Below are positions 25,140 to 32,000 of a stretch of 32,000 nucleotides of DNA, in pieces. The DNA lies in the NCBI GenBank assembly GCA_029269845.2, contig CP149973.1:990001-1022000 (forward strand), read 5' to 3'. Each line of letters begins with the position of its first letter. Positions within the stretch are counted from its first letter, which is position 1. Under the pieces are notes generated by a model. It was not told the DNA's origin. It saw only the letters and a list, made by a program, of their open reading frames with translations, and ran no database searches. A program made the position numbers and the translations under genes. The stretch comes from Opitutia bacterium KCR 482. GTDB lineage: Bacteria; Verrucomicrobiota; Verrucomicrobiia; Opitutales; Intestinicryptomonadaceae.

Positions 25140-26357
25140 ATGAAAACCATGCCCGCCGACAGGACAATCCTACACTGCGACCTCAACGGATTCTACGCGT
25201 CCGTCGAAGCCCTCGCCCACCCCGAAATAGGCGACAAGCCCATGGCGGTGTCGGGGAATCCGCGAATCAGGCACGGCATAATTCTCGCGAAGAACGAGGC
25301 GGCAAAAAAGTACGGCATAAGCACGGGAGAGCCGATTTTTCAGGCAAAGAGAAAATGCCCCAAGCTCATTCTGCTCGAACCGCACCACGAAAAATACGCG
25401 GAGTATTCGCGCAGGGTGAACGAAATCTACTCGCGGTTTACGAACAGGGTGGAACCGTTCGGAATAGACGAGTCGTGGCTCGACGTGAGCGGCTCGCTCT
25501 CGCTTTTCGGGTCGGGCGTCGAAATTGCCGACAAGCTCCGCGAAACGGTGAAGTCGGAACTCGGACTTACGATTTCGGTGGGCGTTTCATTCAACAAAGT
25601 CTTCGCAAAGCTCGGCAGCGACTACAAAAAGCCAGACGCAACAACCCTCTTCGGGCGCGGACAAACGCAGATTATCCGCGGACTGCCCGTCCGCGACATG
25701 CTGTTTGTCGGCCGCTCGACGGCGGAAACCCTGCGCCGAATGGGAATACAGACCATCGGAGACCTCGCCGACGCCGACGAAAACTTCCTAATCCGCCGCT
25801 TCGGCAAGCACGGAAAATCGCTGTCGGAGGCGGCGCGGGGCGAGGAAAATTCGCCCGTGGCGTTTTACGGAGAGGACGACGAAGCGAAGTCGGTGGGAAA
25901 CTCCATAACTTTCAAGCGCGACCTCGACGGCGCGGCGGACATCAGGGCGGGGCTCGAACTCGTCGCCGAAAAAGTCGCGCGGCGCATGAAGCGCGACGGC
26001 GTGAAATGCACGGTTATTCACGCGACAATCAAGGGCGCGGACTTCTCGTGCCTGACGCGCCAGACCACCGTGGACAAGCCGACGAATTCGAGGCTCGCGC
26101 TCGCGGAAACCGCCATGCGGCTTGTCTCGACAAACTGGGATTTGAAATCGCCAATCCGCATGCTGGGAATAGCGGGGTCGGGGCTTGTGGACGCGAACGC
26201 GCCCTACCAAGCCGACCTCTTCGAACCGCCGCAGGAGCTTTCCGAAAAAAACGAAAAAGCCGAAGACGCATTCTTCGACATTCGCGAAAAATTCGGGAAG
26301 TCGGCAATCAGCTTCGGCTCGGAATTCGAGCGCAAAGACAGGGACATCGACGGATAG
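25140..26357 (+). CDS. dinB: DNA polymerase IV (Y-family translesion polymerase)
   Basis: The protein reads ILHCDLNGFYASVEAL..., SIDESWLDV-like (FGIDESWLDVSG), and ISVGVSFNKVFAKLGSDYKKPD. Length is 405 aa. Confidence 0.92.
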   Translation: MKTMPADRTILHCDLNGFYASVEALAHPEIGDKPMAVSGNPRIRHGIILAKNEAAKKYGISTGEPIFQAKRKCPKLILLEPHHEKYAEYSRRVNEIYSRFTNRVEPFGIDESWLDVSGSLSLFGSGVEIADKLRETVKSELGLTISVGVSFNKVFAKLGSDYKKPDATTLFGRGQTQIIRGLPVRDMLFVGRSTAETLRRMGIQTIGDLADADENFLIRRFGKHGKSLSEAARGEENSPVAFYGEDDEAKSVGNSITFKRDLDGAADIRAGLELVAEKVARRMKRDGVKCTVIHATIKGADFSCLTRQTTVDKPTNSRLALAETAMRLVSTNWDLKSPIRMLGIAGSGLVDANAPYQADLFEPPQELSEKNEKAEDAFFDIREKFGKSAISFGSEFERKDRDIDG

Positions 26358-26416
26358 CCCCGCAGACGGATAGCCCCGCCGCGCAAAACCGCCAATCCGC
26401 GCCCCGCAGACGGACG
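26351..26416. repeat. Short direct repeats spanning the dinB stop codon
   Basis: CGGATAGCCCCGC occurs at 26351-26363 and again at 26367-26379 (16-nt period). GCCCCGCAGACGGA occurs at 26357-26370 and again at 26401-26414. Confidence 0.7.
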
Positions 26417-26482
26417 TTTGGCGCAAAAAAATTTCCGCGCGGCAGACAAACGCAACGCGCCTACTCTCCCGCATGCGCAAAT

Positions 26483-26512
26483 AAAAAAAGCCGCGCAGAT
26501 TGCCCGCGCGGC
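26483..26512 (-). terminator. Intrinsic terminator after the 396-aa secreted protein gene
   Basis: GCCGCGC (26490-26496) pairs with GCGCGGC (26506-26512). On the minus strand T7 follows (complement of 26483-26489). It lies 20 nt downstream of the stop at 26532. Confidence 0.65.
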
Positions 26513-26531
26513 CCGAAAAAAACTTGAAAAA

Positions 26532-27722
26532 CTACGGATTGAGCTTGCCCTCCAAACGCGCGCGCCAGTACGCGGCAAGGAGCGTGTACGAACTGCCGCT
26601 GTCGTGCGAGCCCGAAACCCTCGCAATGCAGCCGCGCAAAATTTTCTCGTGCTTGGGCGTCAGCTTGTAGCCCGGCGAAAGCAGCTGGCCGTTTATGACC
26701 TCGGCGCAGTCGCGGGCGTACTTGCGCTTGGAAAGGTCGAACACGGGAGAGTTTTCGACAAATTCGGCAAGCATGTCCATGAGGTCGCCGACCTGCTTTT
26801 TGAGCTTTTTGTTTTTTTCGACAACGTAGATTAGTTCGAGCGACGCCTCCATTTGGAGAATCGAATACGCGGGCACATAGGAGCGCATTTTCTTTTCGGG
26901 CATTTGGGGAAGCTCCGCCGTGCGCGTCAGCGCGTAGGGCAGGTGCTTTCTGTAAAGCTCGAAATATTCGGACTTCTTCGTAACGTCGTAGGCGGCGGCG
27001 TAGAACATGGCAAGCCGCGCGGCCTCGTGCGGATAGACGTCGAGCATTTTGCCGACGCCGCGGTCGTCGGGCATGCCCTTGTAGAATTTAAACGAGTACG
27101 GGGGGTTGCCGTCTTCGCGGACTTCGCGCGTCATCTTGTCGGCGACGGCGGAAAAAATCTTCCTGATTTGCGCCTTCTCGGCGGACGACGACATCGGAGA
27201 CCTGTAATAACGCCACATGCCGTGAATGCTGTGCGTGTACTGGTCGCGAGAAGAGCCGGGGTAGACGGACTTGCAGTCGTCGGGCGACACCCCGCGGGCG
27301 ATAAACCCCTCGTCGCCGTGGGCGGTTGCCGCAAGGACAAGCCCCTTGAAAAGGGCGGCGGCGCGAGCCTTTGAGTCGGCGTCTTTCAAGACCTCGTAGC
27401 GGTCGCAAAGCCCCGCAAGGACAATGCCGCCAAGCATGGAACAGTCTTCAATGCCCGAACCGCCGCCATGCCAGTTTGTCATGCCGTTTTTCTTCAAAGG
27501 CTTCAACTCGGCAATCTCGGCGGGCGACGGAATTCTCGCAAGAGGGGCCGTGTAGAAAAGGTTGGACTTCGGCGAATAAAAAGCCCTCGAACTGTCCTGC
27601 CAAAGACGCTCAATCTTCGACTCCAACGCGGCGTTGTCGTCGGGATTCACCTTCTGGGCAAATGCGAACGACCCCGCAAGCGAAATTATAGAAAATACCA
27701 GTGTTAATGACAATCTTCCCAT
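26532..27722 (-). CDS. Secreted hypothetical protein (396 aa), possibly an alpha-helical glycan-active enzyme
   Basis: The signal peptide is MGRLSLTLVFSIISLAGSFAFA. Coding-like composition runs throughout and a terminator follows. I recognise no motif with confidence, so the functional guess rests only on the helical-repeat feel and the carbohydrate-gene context. Confidence 0.6.
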   Translation of the reverse strand: MGRLSLTLVFSIISLAGSFAFAQKVNPDDNAALESKIERLWQDSSRAFYSPKSNLFYTAPLARIPSPAEIAELKPLKKNGMTNWHGGGSGIEDCSMLGGIVLAGLCDRYEVLKDADSKARAAALFKGLVLAATAHGDEGFIARGVSPDDCKSVYPGSSRDQYTHSIHGMWRYYRSPMSSSAEKAQIRKIFSAVADKMTREVREDGNPPYSFKFYKGMPDDRGVGKMLDVYPHEAARLAMFYAAAYDVTKKSEYFELYRKHLPYALTRTAELPQMPEKKMRSYVPAYSILQMEASLELIYVVEKNKKLKKQVGDLMDMLAEFVENSPVFDLSKRKYARDCAEVINGQLLSPGYKLTPKHEKILRGCIARVSGSHDSGSSYTLLAAYWRARLEGKLNP

Positions 27723-27824
27723 ATGCGTTATTCTATATTAAAAACAACACTCTACAAAAAAACCGCCCCATTTTCAATTACTTGTTTTGTAAAAAATAAA
27801 ATAAACAGGCTACACGAAAAAAAA

Positions 27825-28045
27825 CGGCAATCTGTAAACAAAAGTCGGCTAACGAAACGCCCTACCCAACTTTTATCTCTACACACTCTAAAAATCTTCT
27901 GCGTTAGCACTGTAATTTTAGGGGCGTTAGAGTGCCGTTCAGGCGGTGGCTTTCACGCGCTTGCGGGGTGCGTGGCGTACTGATGTACGCGAGCAGTCCG
28001 CAAGCGCGGGGAAACGCCGCATCAACGGTACTATAACGCGCCGTC
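27825..28045. repeat. Structured repeat unit, copy C (full length) plus an 8-9 nt stub of a following unit; it overlaps the hemB 3' end
   Basis: Copy C has the same architecture as copies A and B. 27884-27891 pairs with 27927-27934 (CACTCTAA/TTAGAGTG). 27956-27966 pairs with 27998-28008 (CGCGCTTGCGG/CCGCAAGCGCG, 11 bp), enclosing GCGTAC-TGAT-GTACGC. The tail GCAATCTGTAAACAAAAGTCGGCT (27827-27850) matches the A/B junction (20334-20357) at 22 of 24 positions. On the minus strand it is followed by T8 (complement of 27817-27824). Confidence 0.85.
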
Positions 28046-29038
28046 AGCGAAGTAAGTCAGTATCATGTCCGCTCCTGCGCGTTTTATTGACACAAGAGAC
28101 TCCCTCACCGTCTTCTCCAAATCAATCCAGCCGTTTTGCGCCGCAGCCATAATCATGGAATATTCGCCCGAAACCTGATATGCGGCAATCGGAAGAGTCG
28201 TGCGCTCTTTGATTTTAGCAATGATGTCGAGATAGTGCCCCGCAGGCTTTACCATGATGACGTCCGCGCCCTCCTCTTCGTCGAGAGCCGCCTCTTTCAG
28301 AGCCTCGCGGGAGTTTGCGGGATTTAACTGGTAGCCTTTTTTGTCGAGATACTTCTTCGCCTTGCCCTGCTGCTTGGGCGCGGAACCGATTGCGTCGCGG
28401 AAAGGCCCGTAGAAAGCGGAGGCATACTTTGCGCTGTACGCCATGATTGCGGTGTCCTGAAAGTCGCAGTCGTCGAGGGCGGAGCGGATTGCGCCTATTC
28501 TGCCGTCCATCATGTCGCTCGGCGCGACGAAATCCGCGCCCGACTGGGCGGCGACAAGAGCCATCGCCGCGAGAATCTCGACGGTTTCGTCGTTGATAAT
28601 CCACGTTCCCGAATCGTCGAGAATGCCGTCGTGCCCGTGCGAGGTGTAGGGATCGAGCGCGATGTCGGCGACAACCGCCATTTCGGGAAAGCGTTTTTTC
28701 ACGGCGGCAATCGCGCGGTTTGCGAGGGACTTCGGGTTGACCGCCTCGTCGGCGAGGAGGGTCTTCTTAGAGCGTTCGACAAGCGGGAACGGGGCAATCG
28801 CCATGACGCCCTTTTTCGCCAAGCCGTCGCAGAGGCGCAGGAGAGAGTCGATTGTGTGGCGGTAGACGTTGGGCATCGACGGAATTTTGTCCGCTCCGTT
28901 TTTGCCCTCTTTAAGGAAGACGGGCAGAATCAAATCGGAGGGGGAAACGCGCGTTTCCTCGCAGAGGGAGAGAATGGCGTCGCTCTTGCGCAGGCGGCGC
29001 GGACGCTTTTTTATATCGAGCTTGAAATTTTCGTTCAT
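28031..29038 (-). CDS. hemB: Porphobilinogen synthase (delta-aminolevulinic acid dehydratase)
   Basis: I trimmed the ORF to the ATG at 29038 (MNENFKLDIKKRPRRLRKSDAI...). It contains the RPRRLR, GADFVAPSDMMDGRIGAIR and VKPAGHYLDII motifs. It ends ...ADMILTYFADGAL, which is short after the conserved TYFA. Confidence 0.92.
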   Translation of the reverse strand: MNENFKLDIKKRPRRLRKSDAILSLCEETRVSPSDLILPVFLKEGKNGADKIPSMPNVYRHTIDSLLRLCDGLAKKGVMAIAPFPLVERSKKTLLADEAVNPKSLANRAIAAVKKRFPEMAVVADIALDPYTSHGHDGILDDSGTWIINDETVEILAAMALVAAQSGADFVAPSDMMDGRIGAIRSALDDCDFQDTAIMAYSAKYASAFYGPFRDAIGSAPKQQGKAKKYLDKKGYQLNPANSREALKEAALDEEEGADVIMVKPAGHYLDIIAKIKERTTLPIAAYQVSGEYSMIMAAAQNGWIDLEKTVRESLVSIKRAGADMILTYFADGAL

Positions 29039-29079
29039 TGTGGTTTGATATGAACCCGTCGAAAAAAATAGCAACAAAA

Positions 29080-30495
29080 ATGAATGTATCAATCCACAAC
29101 ACCCTTTCACGACAAAAAGACGTTCTGACGCCCGAAACCGACACGTTCAGAATGTACTGCTGCGGCCCGACGGTCTACGGCCCCGCGCACATCGGCAATT
29201 TCAGGACGTTTGTCGTGCAGGACATTCTGCGGCGCACGCTCGAATGCTCGGGGTTGAAGGTAAAACATGTAAGAAACATCACCGACGTCGACGACAAAAC
29301 AATCCGCGAAAGCCGCAAACTGGGGGTGTCGCTCAAAGAATTTACGAAGAAGTGGGAAGACAAATTCCACGCCGACTGCGACAAGCTCAACATGCTCCGC
29401 CCCACCGTGGAGCCGCGGGCGACCGAACACATCGCCGAACAGCTCGACATGGTTTCGACGCTCGTGGACAACGGGCACGCCTACCCCGCAAAAGACGGCA
29501 GCGTATACTTTAAAATAGCGTCGTTCCCCGACTACGGGAAACTCGCCGGTCTCGACCGCGAGCACATGGCGACGCAGGCGGTAAACTCGGCGGGAGAGGC
29601 AAACAACGCCGACGAATACGAGCGCGAAAACGTATCAGACTTCGCGCTGTGGAAGGGACGCAAGCCCGAAGACGGCGAGAACTTCTGGAAGTCGCCGTGG
29701 GGCGATGGCAGACCGGGCTGGCACATAGAGTGCTCGGCGATGTCGCGCAAATACCTCGGAGACACTTTCGACCTGCACGGCGGCGGCATCGACCTCTGCT
29801 TTCCCCACCACGAAAACGAAATCGCGCAGAGCGAGTGCTCGACGGGCAAATCGCCCTACGTCCGCTACTGGTTCCACAGCGCGCACCTGATGGTCGAGGG
29901 ACAGAAGATGTCGAAAAGCCTCGGCAACCTCTACACGCTCGACGACCTCACGGCGAAGGGCTACACGCCAGCGCAAATCAGATACGCACTGCTTTCGGGG
30001 CACTACCGCCAGCAGCTCAACTTCACGTTCAAGGGGCTTGACGACGCAAAGAGCGCGTTGGCAAAGCTGTCGAAATCGGCAAAGGCGGCGCTCGAAAAAT
30101 CGGGAATGTCGTTCGGCGATTTCGAAAAGCTCGTAAAGCCCGAAAACAACTTTGCGGGGACGATTTTCGAACCCGCGTGGAACGCACTTTGCGACGACCT
30201 CAACACGCCCAAAGCACTCGGCGAAATCTTCGGCGCGCTGCCGAAACTCGGCGGAGACAAAAAGGACGTCGCAGCCCTCGGCTCGCTGATGTACGCGCTC
30301 GGCATAGACCTCTCGGAAAAGACGGAGGAATCCGCCGCAGACGCCCCCGAAGAAATCACCGCCCTCGCACAGGCGCGTTGGGACGCAAAAAAGTCAAGGG
30401 ACTTCGCAAAAGCCGACGAACTGCGCAAAAAACTTGCGGAACTCGGGTGGAGCGTGCTCGACAAAAAAGACGGTTTCGACATCAAAAAAATTTAA
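29080..30495 (+). CDS. cysS: Cysteine--tRNA ligase
   Basis: I chose the start at the ATG at 29080 ([16 protein letters not shown]...[16 protein letters not shown]), by analogy with the CysRS N-terminus. The track start at 29038 is a TTG. The protein has HIGN (the HIGH motif) and KMSKS. Confidence 0.92.
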   Translation: MNVSIHNTLSRQKDVLTPETDTFRMYCCGPTVYGPAHIGNFRTFVVQDILRRTLECSGLKVKHVRNITDVDDKTIRESRKLGVSLKEFTKKWEDKFHADCDKLNMLRPTVEPRATEHIAEQLDMVSTLVDNGHAYPAKDGSVYFKIASFPDYGKLAGLDREHMATQAVNSAGEANNADEYERENVSDFALWKGRKPEDGENFWKSPWGDGRPGWHIECSAMSRKYLGDTFDLHGGGIDLCFPHHENEIAQSECSTGKSPYVRYWFHSAHLMVEGQKMSKSLGNLYTLDDLTAKGYTPAQIRYALLSGHYRQQLNFTFKGLDDAKSALAKLSKSAKAALEKSGMSFGDFEKLVKPENNFAGTIFEPAWNALCDDLNTPKALGEIFGALPKLGGDKKDVAALGSLMYALGIDLSEKTEESAADAPEEITALAQARWDAKKSRDFAKADELRKKLAELGWSVLDKKDGFDIKKI

Positions 30496-30501
30496 GGATT
30501 T

Positions 30502-31377
30502 ATGAAAGTAATAAGAGCAAAAAGCGCGGGATTCTGCTTCGGAGTGGAGCGCGCGATTGAAATCGCGACAACATGCACCGACGGCGGCAAATGCAAGGTC
30601 TTTACCGACGGTCCGCTTATCCACAACAGGCAGATGATGGAACGCCTCACGCAGTGCGGGGTTCTCGAAATAGGCGACTATAAAAGCGAGTCGTCAATCG
30701 ACGACCAAATCAAAGGCACTTCGCAAAGCGACAGCGTGCTCGTGTTCCGCGCCCACGGCGTCTCGCCCGACCGCCGCAAATACCTGCAAAGCCTCGGCAT
30801 GCGCTGCAAGGACGCCACCTGCCCCGACGTGGGGAAAATCGCGGGCATAATCAAAATGCACGCAAACAAAAATTTCACGACCGTCATCGTAGGCGACCCC
30901 GACCACCCGGAAGTAATCGGGCTTCTCGGCTACGCGGGCGGACGCGGGTACGTCGTCAAAGACAAAAAGGCGATAGACGCCCTGCCCGACATCAAGGGCG
31001 ACATCTGCATGGTCTCGCAGTCGACAATGTTCACCGACGACTACAACGAAATTTCCGAATACTTCAAAAAACGCTTCCCCGACACGAAGGTCATCGACAC
31101 CATCTGCGGCGCGACGAAGGAACGCCAGAAAGACGTGAACGTGCTCGCCGAAAAGGGCGCGGAGGCGATTGTGGTAATAGGCGGCAAACACTCGGCGAAC
31201 ACCGTAAAGCTTGCAATCATGGCGCAGCGCACGGGGCTTCCGTGCTTCCACATCGAAACGCTCAAAGAGCTGGACCTCGACGCAATCAAAAAATTCGGCG
31301 TCGTGGGGGTCACCGCGGGCGCGTCCACGCCCGACTTCCTCATCGACGAAGTCTGCAACAGGCTCGAAAATCTTTGA
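30502..31377 (+). CDS. ispH: 4-hydroxy-3-methylbut-2-enyl diphosphate reductase
   Basis: The protein begins MKVIRAKSAGFCFGVERAIEIA... It has conserved Cys positions and SANTVKL. AAGGA lies 4 nt upstream of the ATG. Confidence 0.92.
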   Translation: MKVIRAKSAGFCFGVERAIEIATTCTDGGKCKVFTDGPLIHNRQMMERLTQCGVLEIGDYKSESSIDDQIKGTSQSDSVLVFRAHGVSPDRRKYLQSLGMRCKDATCPDVGKIAGIIKMHANKNFTTVIVGDPDHPEVIGLLGYAGGRGYVVKDKKAIDALPDIKGDICMVSQSTMFTDDYNEISEYFKKRFPDTKVIDTICGATKERQKDVNVLAEKGAEAIVVIGGKHSANTVKLAIMAQRTGLPCFHIETLKELDLDAIKKFGVVGVTAGASTPDFLIDEVCNRLENL

Positions 31378-31433
31378 CGCCCGCGAAACTTTGACGGATT
31401 TTCGGCGTTTCTAAAAGACAAAGGAAATTTCGA

Positions 31434-31880
31434 ATGGAAAATCACGCACATTCTTTCGGACGCCGCGCGGCGAAATCGGCGCGGAGGGCTTTCACGATTA
31501 TCGAAGTACTGCTGGCAATCGCGCTGATATCGCTGCTTGCGTTCATCGTGGTCGGCAACCTCGACACGCTCATGACGGGCGGGCAGACGAAAATCGCAAA
31601 GTCGATGGTCGAGGACTCGTTCGCGACTCCGCTGATGTCGTTCAAACTTTCCGTCGGCAGATACCCGACGACAGAAGAGGGGCTGAACGCCCTCGTCAAC
31701 GCGCCAGACGCGCTCTCCGAAAGATGGAAAGGCCCGTACGCGCGAAGCCTGCCGCTCGACCCGTGGGGAAACGCCTACCAGTACAGGTGCCCCTCGACGA
31801 AAAGCAAGGTCGGCTACGACGTGTGGTCGAACGGTCCCGACGGACAGCCCGACACCGAAGACGACATCGGCAACTGGTAG
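31434..31880 (+). CDS. gspG: Type II secretion major pseudopilin GspG-like
   Basis: The prepilin N-terminus is RRAFTIIEVLLAIALISLLA. GspG-type motifs are present (YPTTEEGLNALV, KGPY, LDPWGNAYQY, SNGPDGQPDTEDDIGNW). AAGGAAA is the Shine-Dalgarno sequence. Confidence 0.85.
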   Translation: MENHAHSFGRRAAKSARRAFTIIEVLLAIALISLLAFIVVGNLDTLMTGGQTKIAKSMVEDSFATPLMSFKLSVGRYPTTEEGLNALVNAPDALSERWKGPYARSLPLDPWGNAYQYRCPSTKSKVGYDVWSNGPDGQPDTEDDIGNW

Positions 31881-31884
31881 AAAA

Positions 31885-32000
31885 ATGCGGCGCGCGGCGT
31901 TCACCCTGACCGAAGTGCTGCTTGCAATAGCCCTGATTGCCGCAATGGCGGGCTTTGTAGCGGCGGGCACGGGGCTGTTTTCGAAAGACGCGCTTCTTGC
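31885..32000 (+). CDS. Prepilin-type N-terminal cleavage/methylation domain protein (minor pseudopilin), 5' part; it runs off the right edge
   Basis: The ATG is at 31885. My translation is MRRAAFTLTEVLLAIALIAAMAGFVAAGTGLFSKDALL..., with the FTLxE prepilin motif. It is absent from the ORF track because no stop lies in the window. Confidence 0.7.
   Translation, partial: MRRAAFTLTEVLLAIALIAAMAGFVAAGTGLFSKDALL

Noticed and set aside
27825-28045. The repeats as a MITE, or as a DGR template/variable repeat pair.
   Set aside because: The unit ends share a direct GGCGTTTC motif rather than terminal inverted repeats. There is no reverse transcriptase in the window. The A-versus-C differences are not adenine-specific, and most of the repeat is non-coding.

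Overview
This is a GC-rich (roughly 58-60% by eye), gene-dense bacterial chromosomal window. It comes from a diderm organism, since BamA, Skp, LptB and a GspG pseudopilin are present. HprK next to LptB and the many secreted glycoside hydrolases suggest a PVC-type lineage (Lentisphaerota, Kiritimatiellota or Verrucomicrobiota), but that is inference only.

Most of the window is housekeeping. A 14.8-kb co-directional minus-strand string runs rplY-pth-rpsF-ssb-rplI-dnaB-bamA-skp-(small membrane protein)-lptB-hprK-metH-rodA-rng. After it come two convergent glycoside hydrolase genes, then ahcY-metK-proS (minus strand), dinB (plus), a secreted hypothetical protein and hemB (both minus), and cysS-ispH-gspG plus a second pseudopilin (plus). 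Several ORF-track entries carry spurious N-terminal extensions, some from TTG starts, so I re-picked those starts. One truncated gene (rng, 1-464) is missing from the track.

I see no defence system, prophage, IS element, CRISPR array, tRNA or rRNA. The unusual content is all non-coding:

1. A roughly 200-nt two-hairpin repeat family occurs as three copies plus stubs. Each locus starts exactly at the 3' end of a housekeeping gene: the last base of the ahcY stop codon, and inside the last five codons of hemB. The long hairpin shows fully compensatory arm replacement between copies.
2. A roughly 220-nt highly structured segment lies upstream of the GH2 gene. It has mutually exclusive terminator and antiterminator helices.
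3. A perfect 18-nt palindrome sits just upstream of dinB.

All functional calls come from reading the translations and the sequence by eye. No database search or folding program was run.
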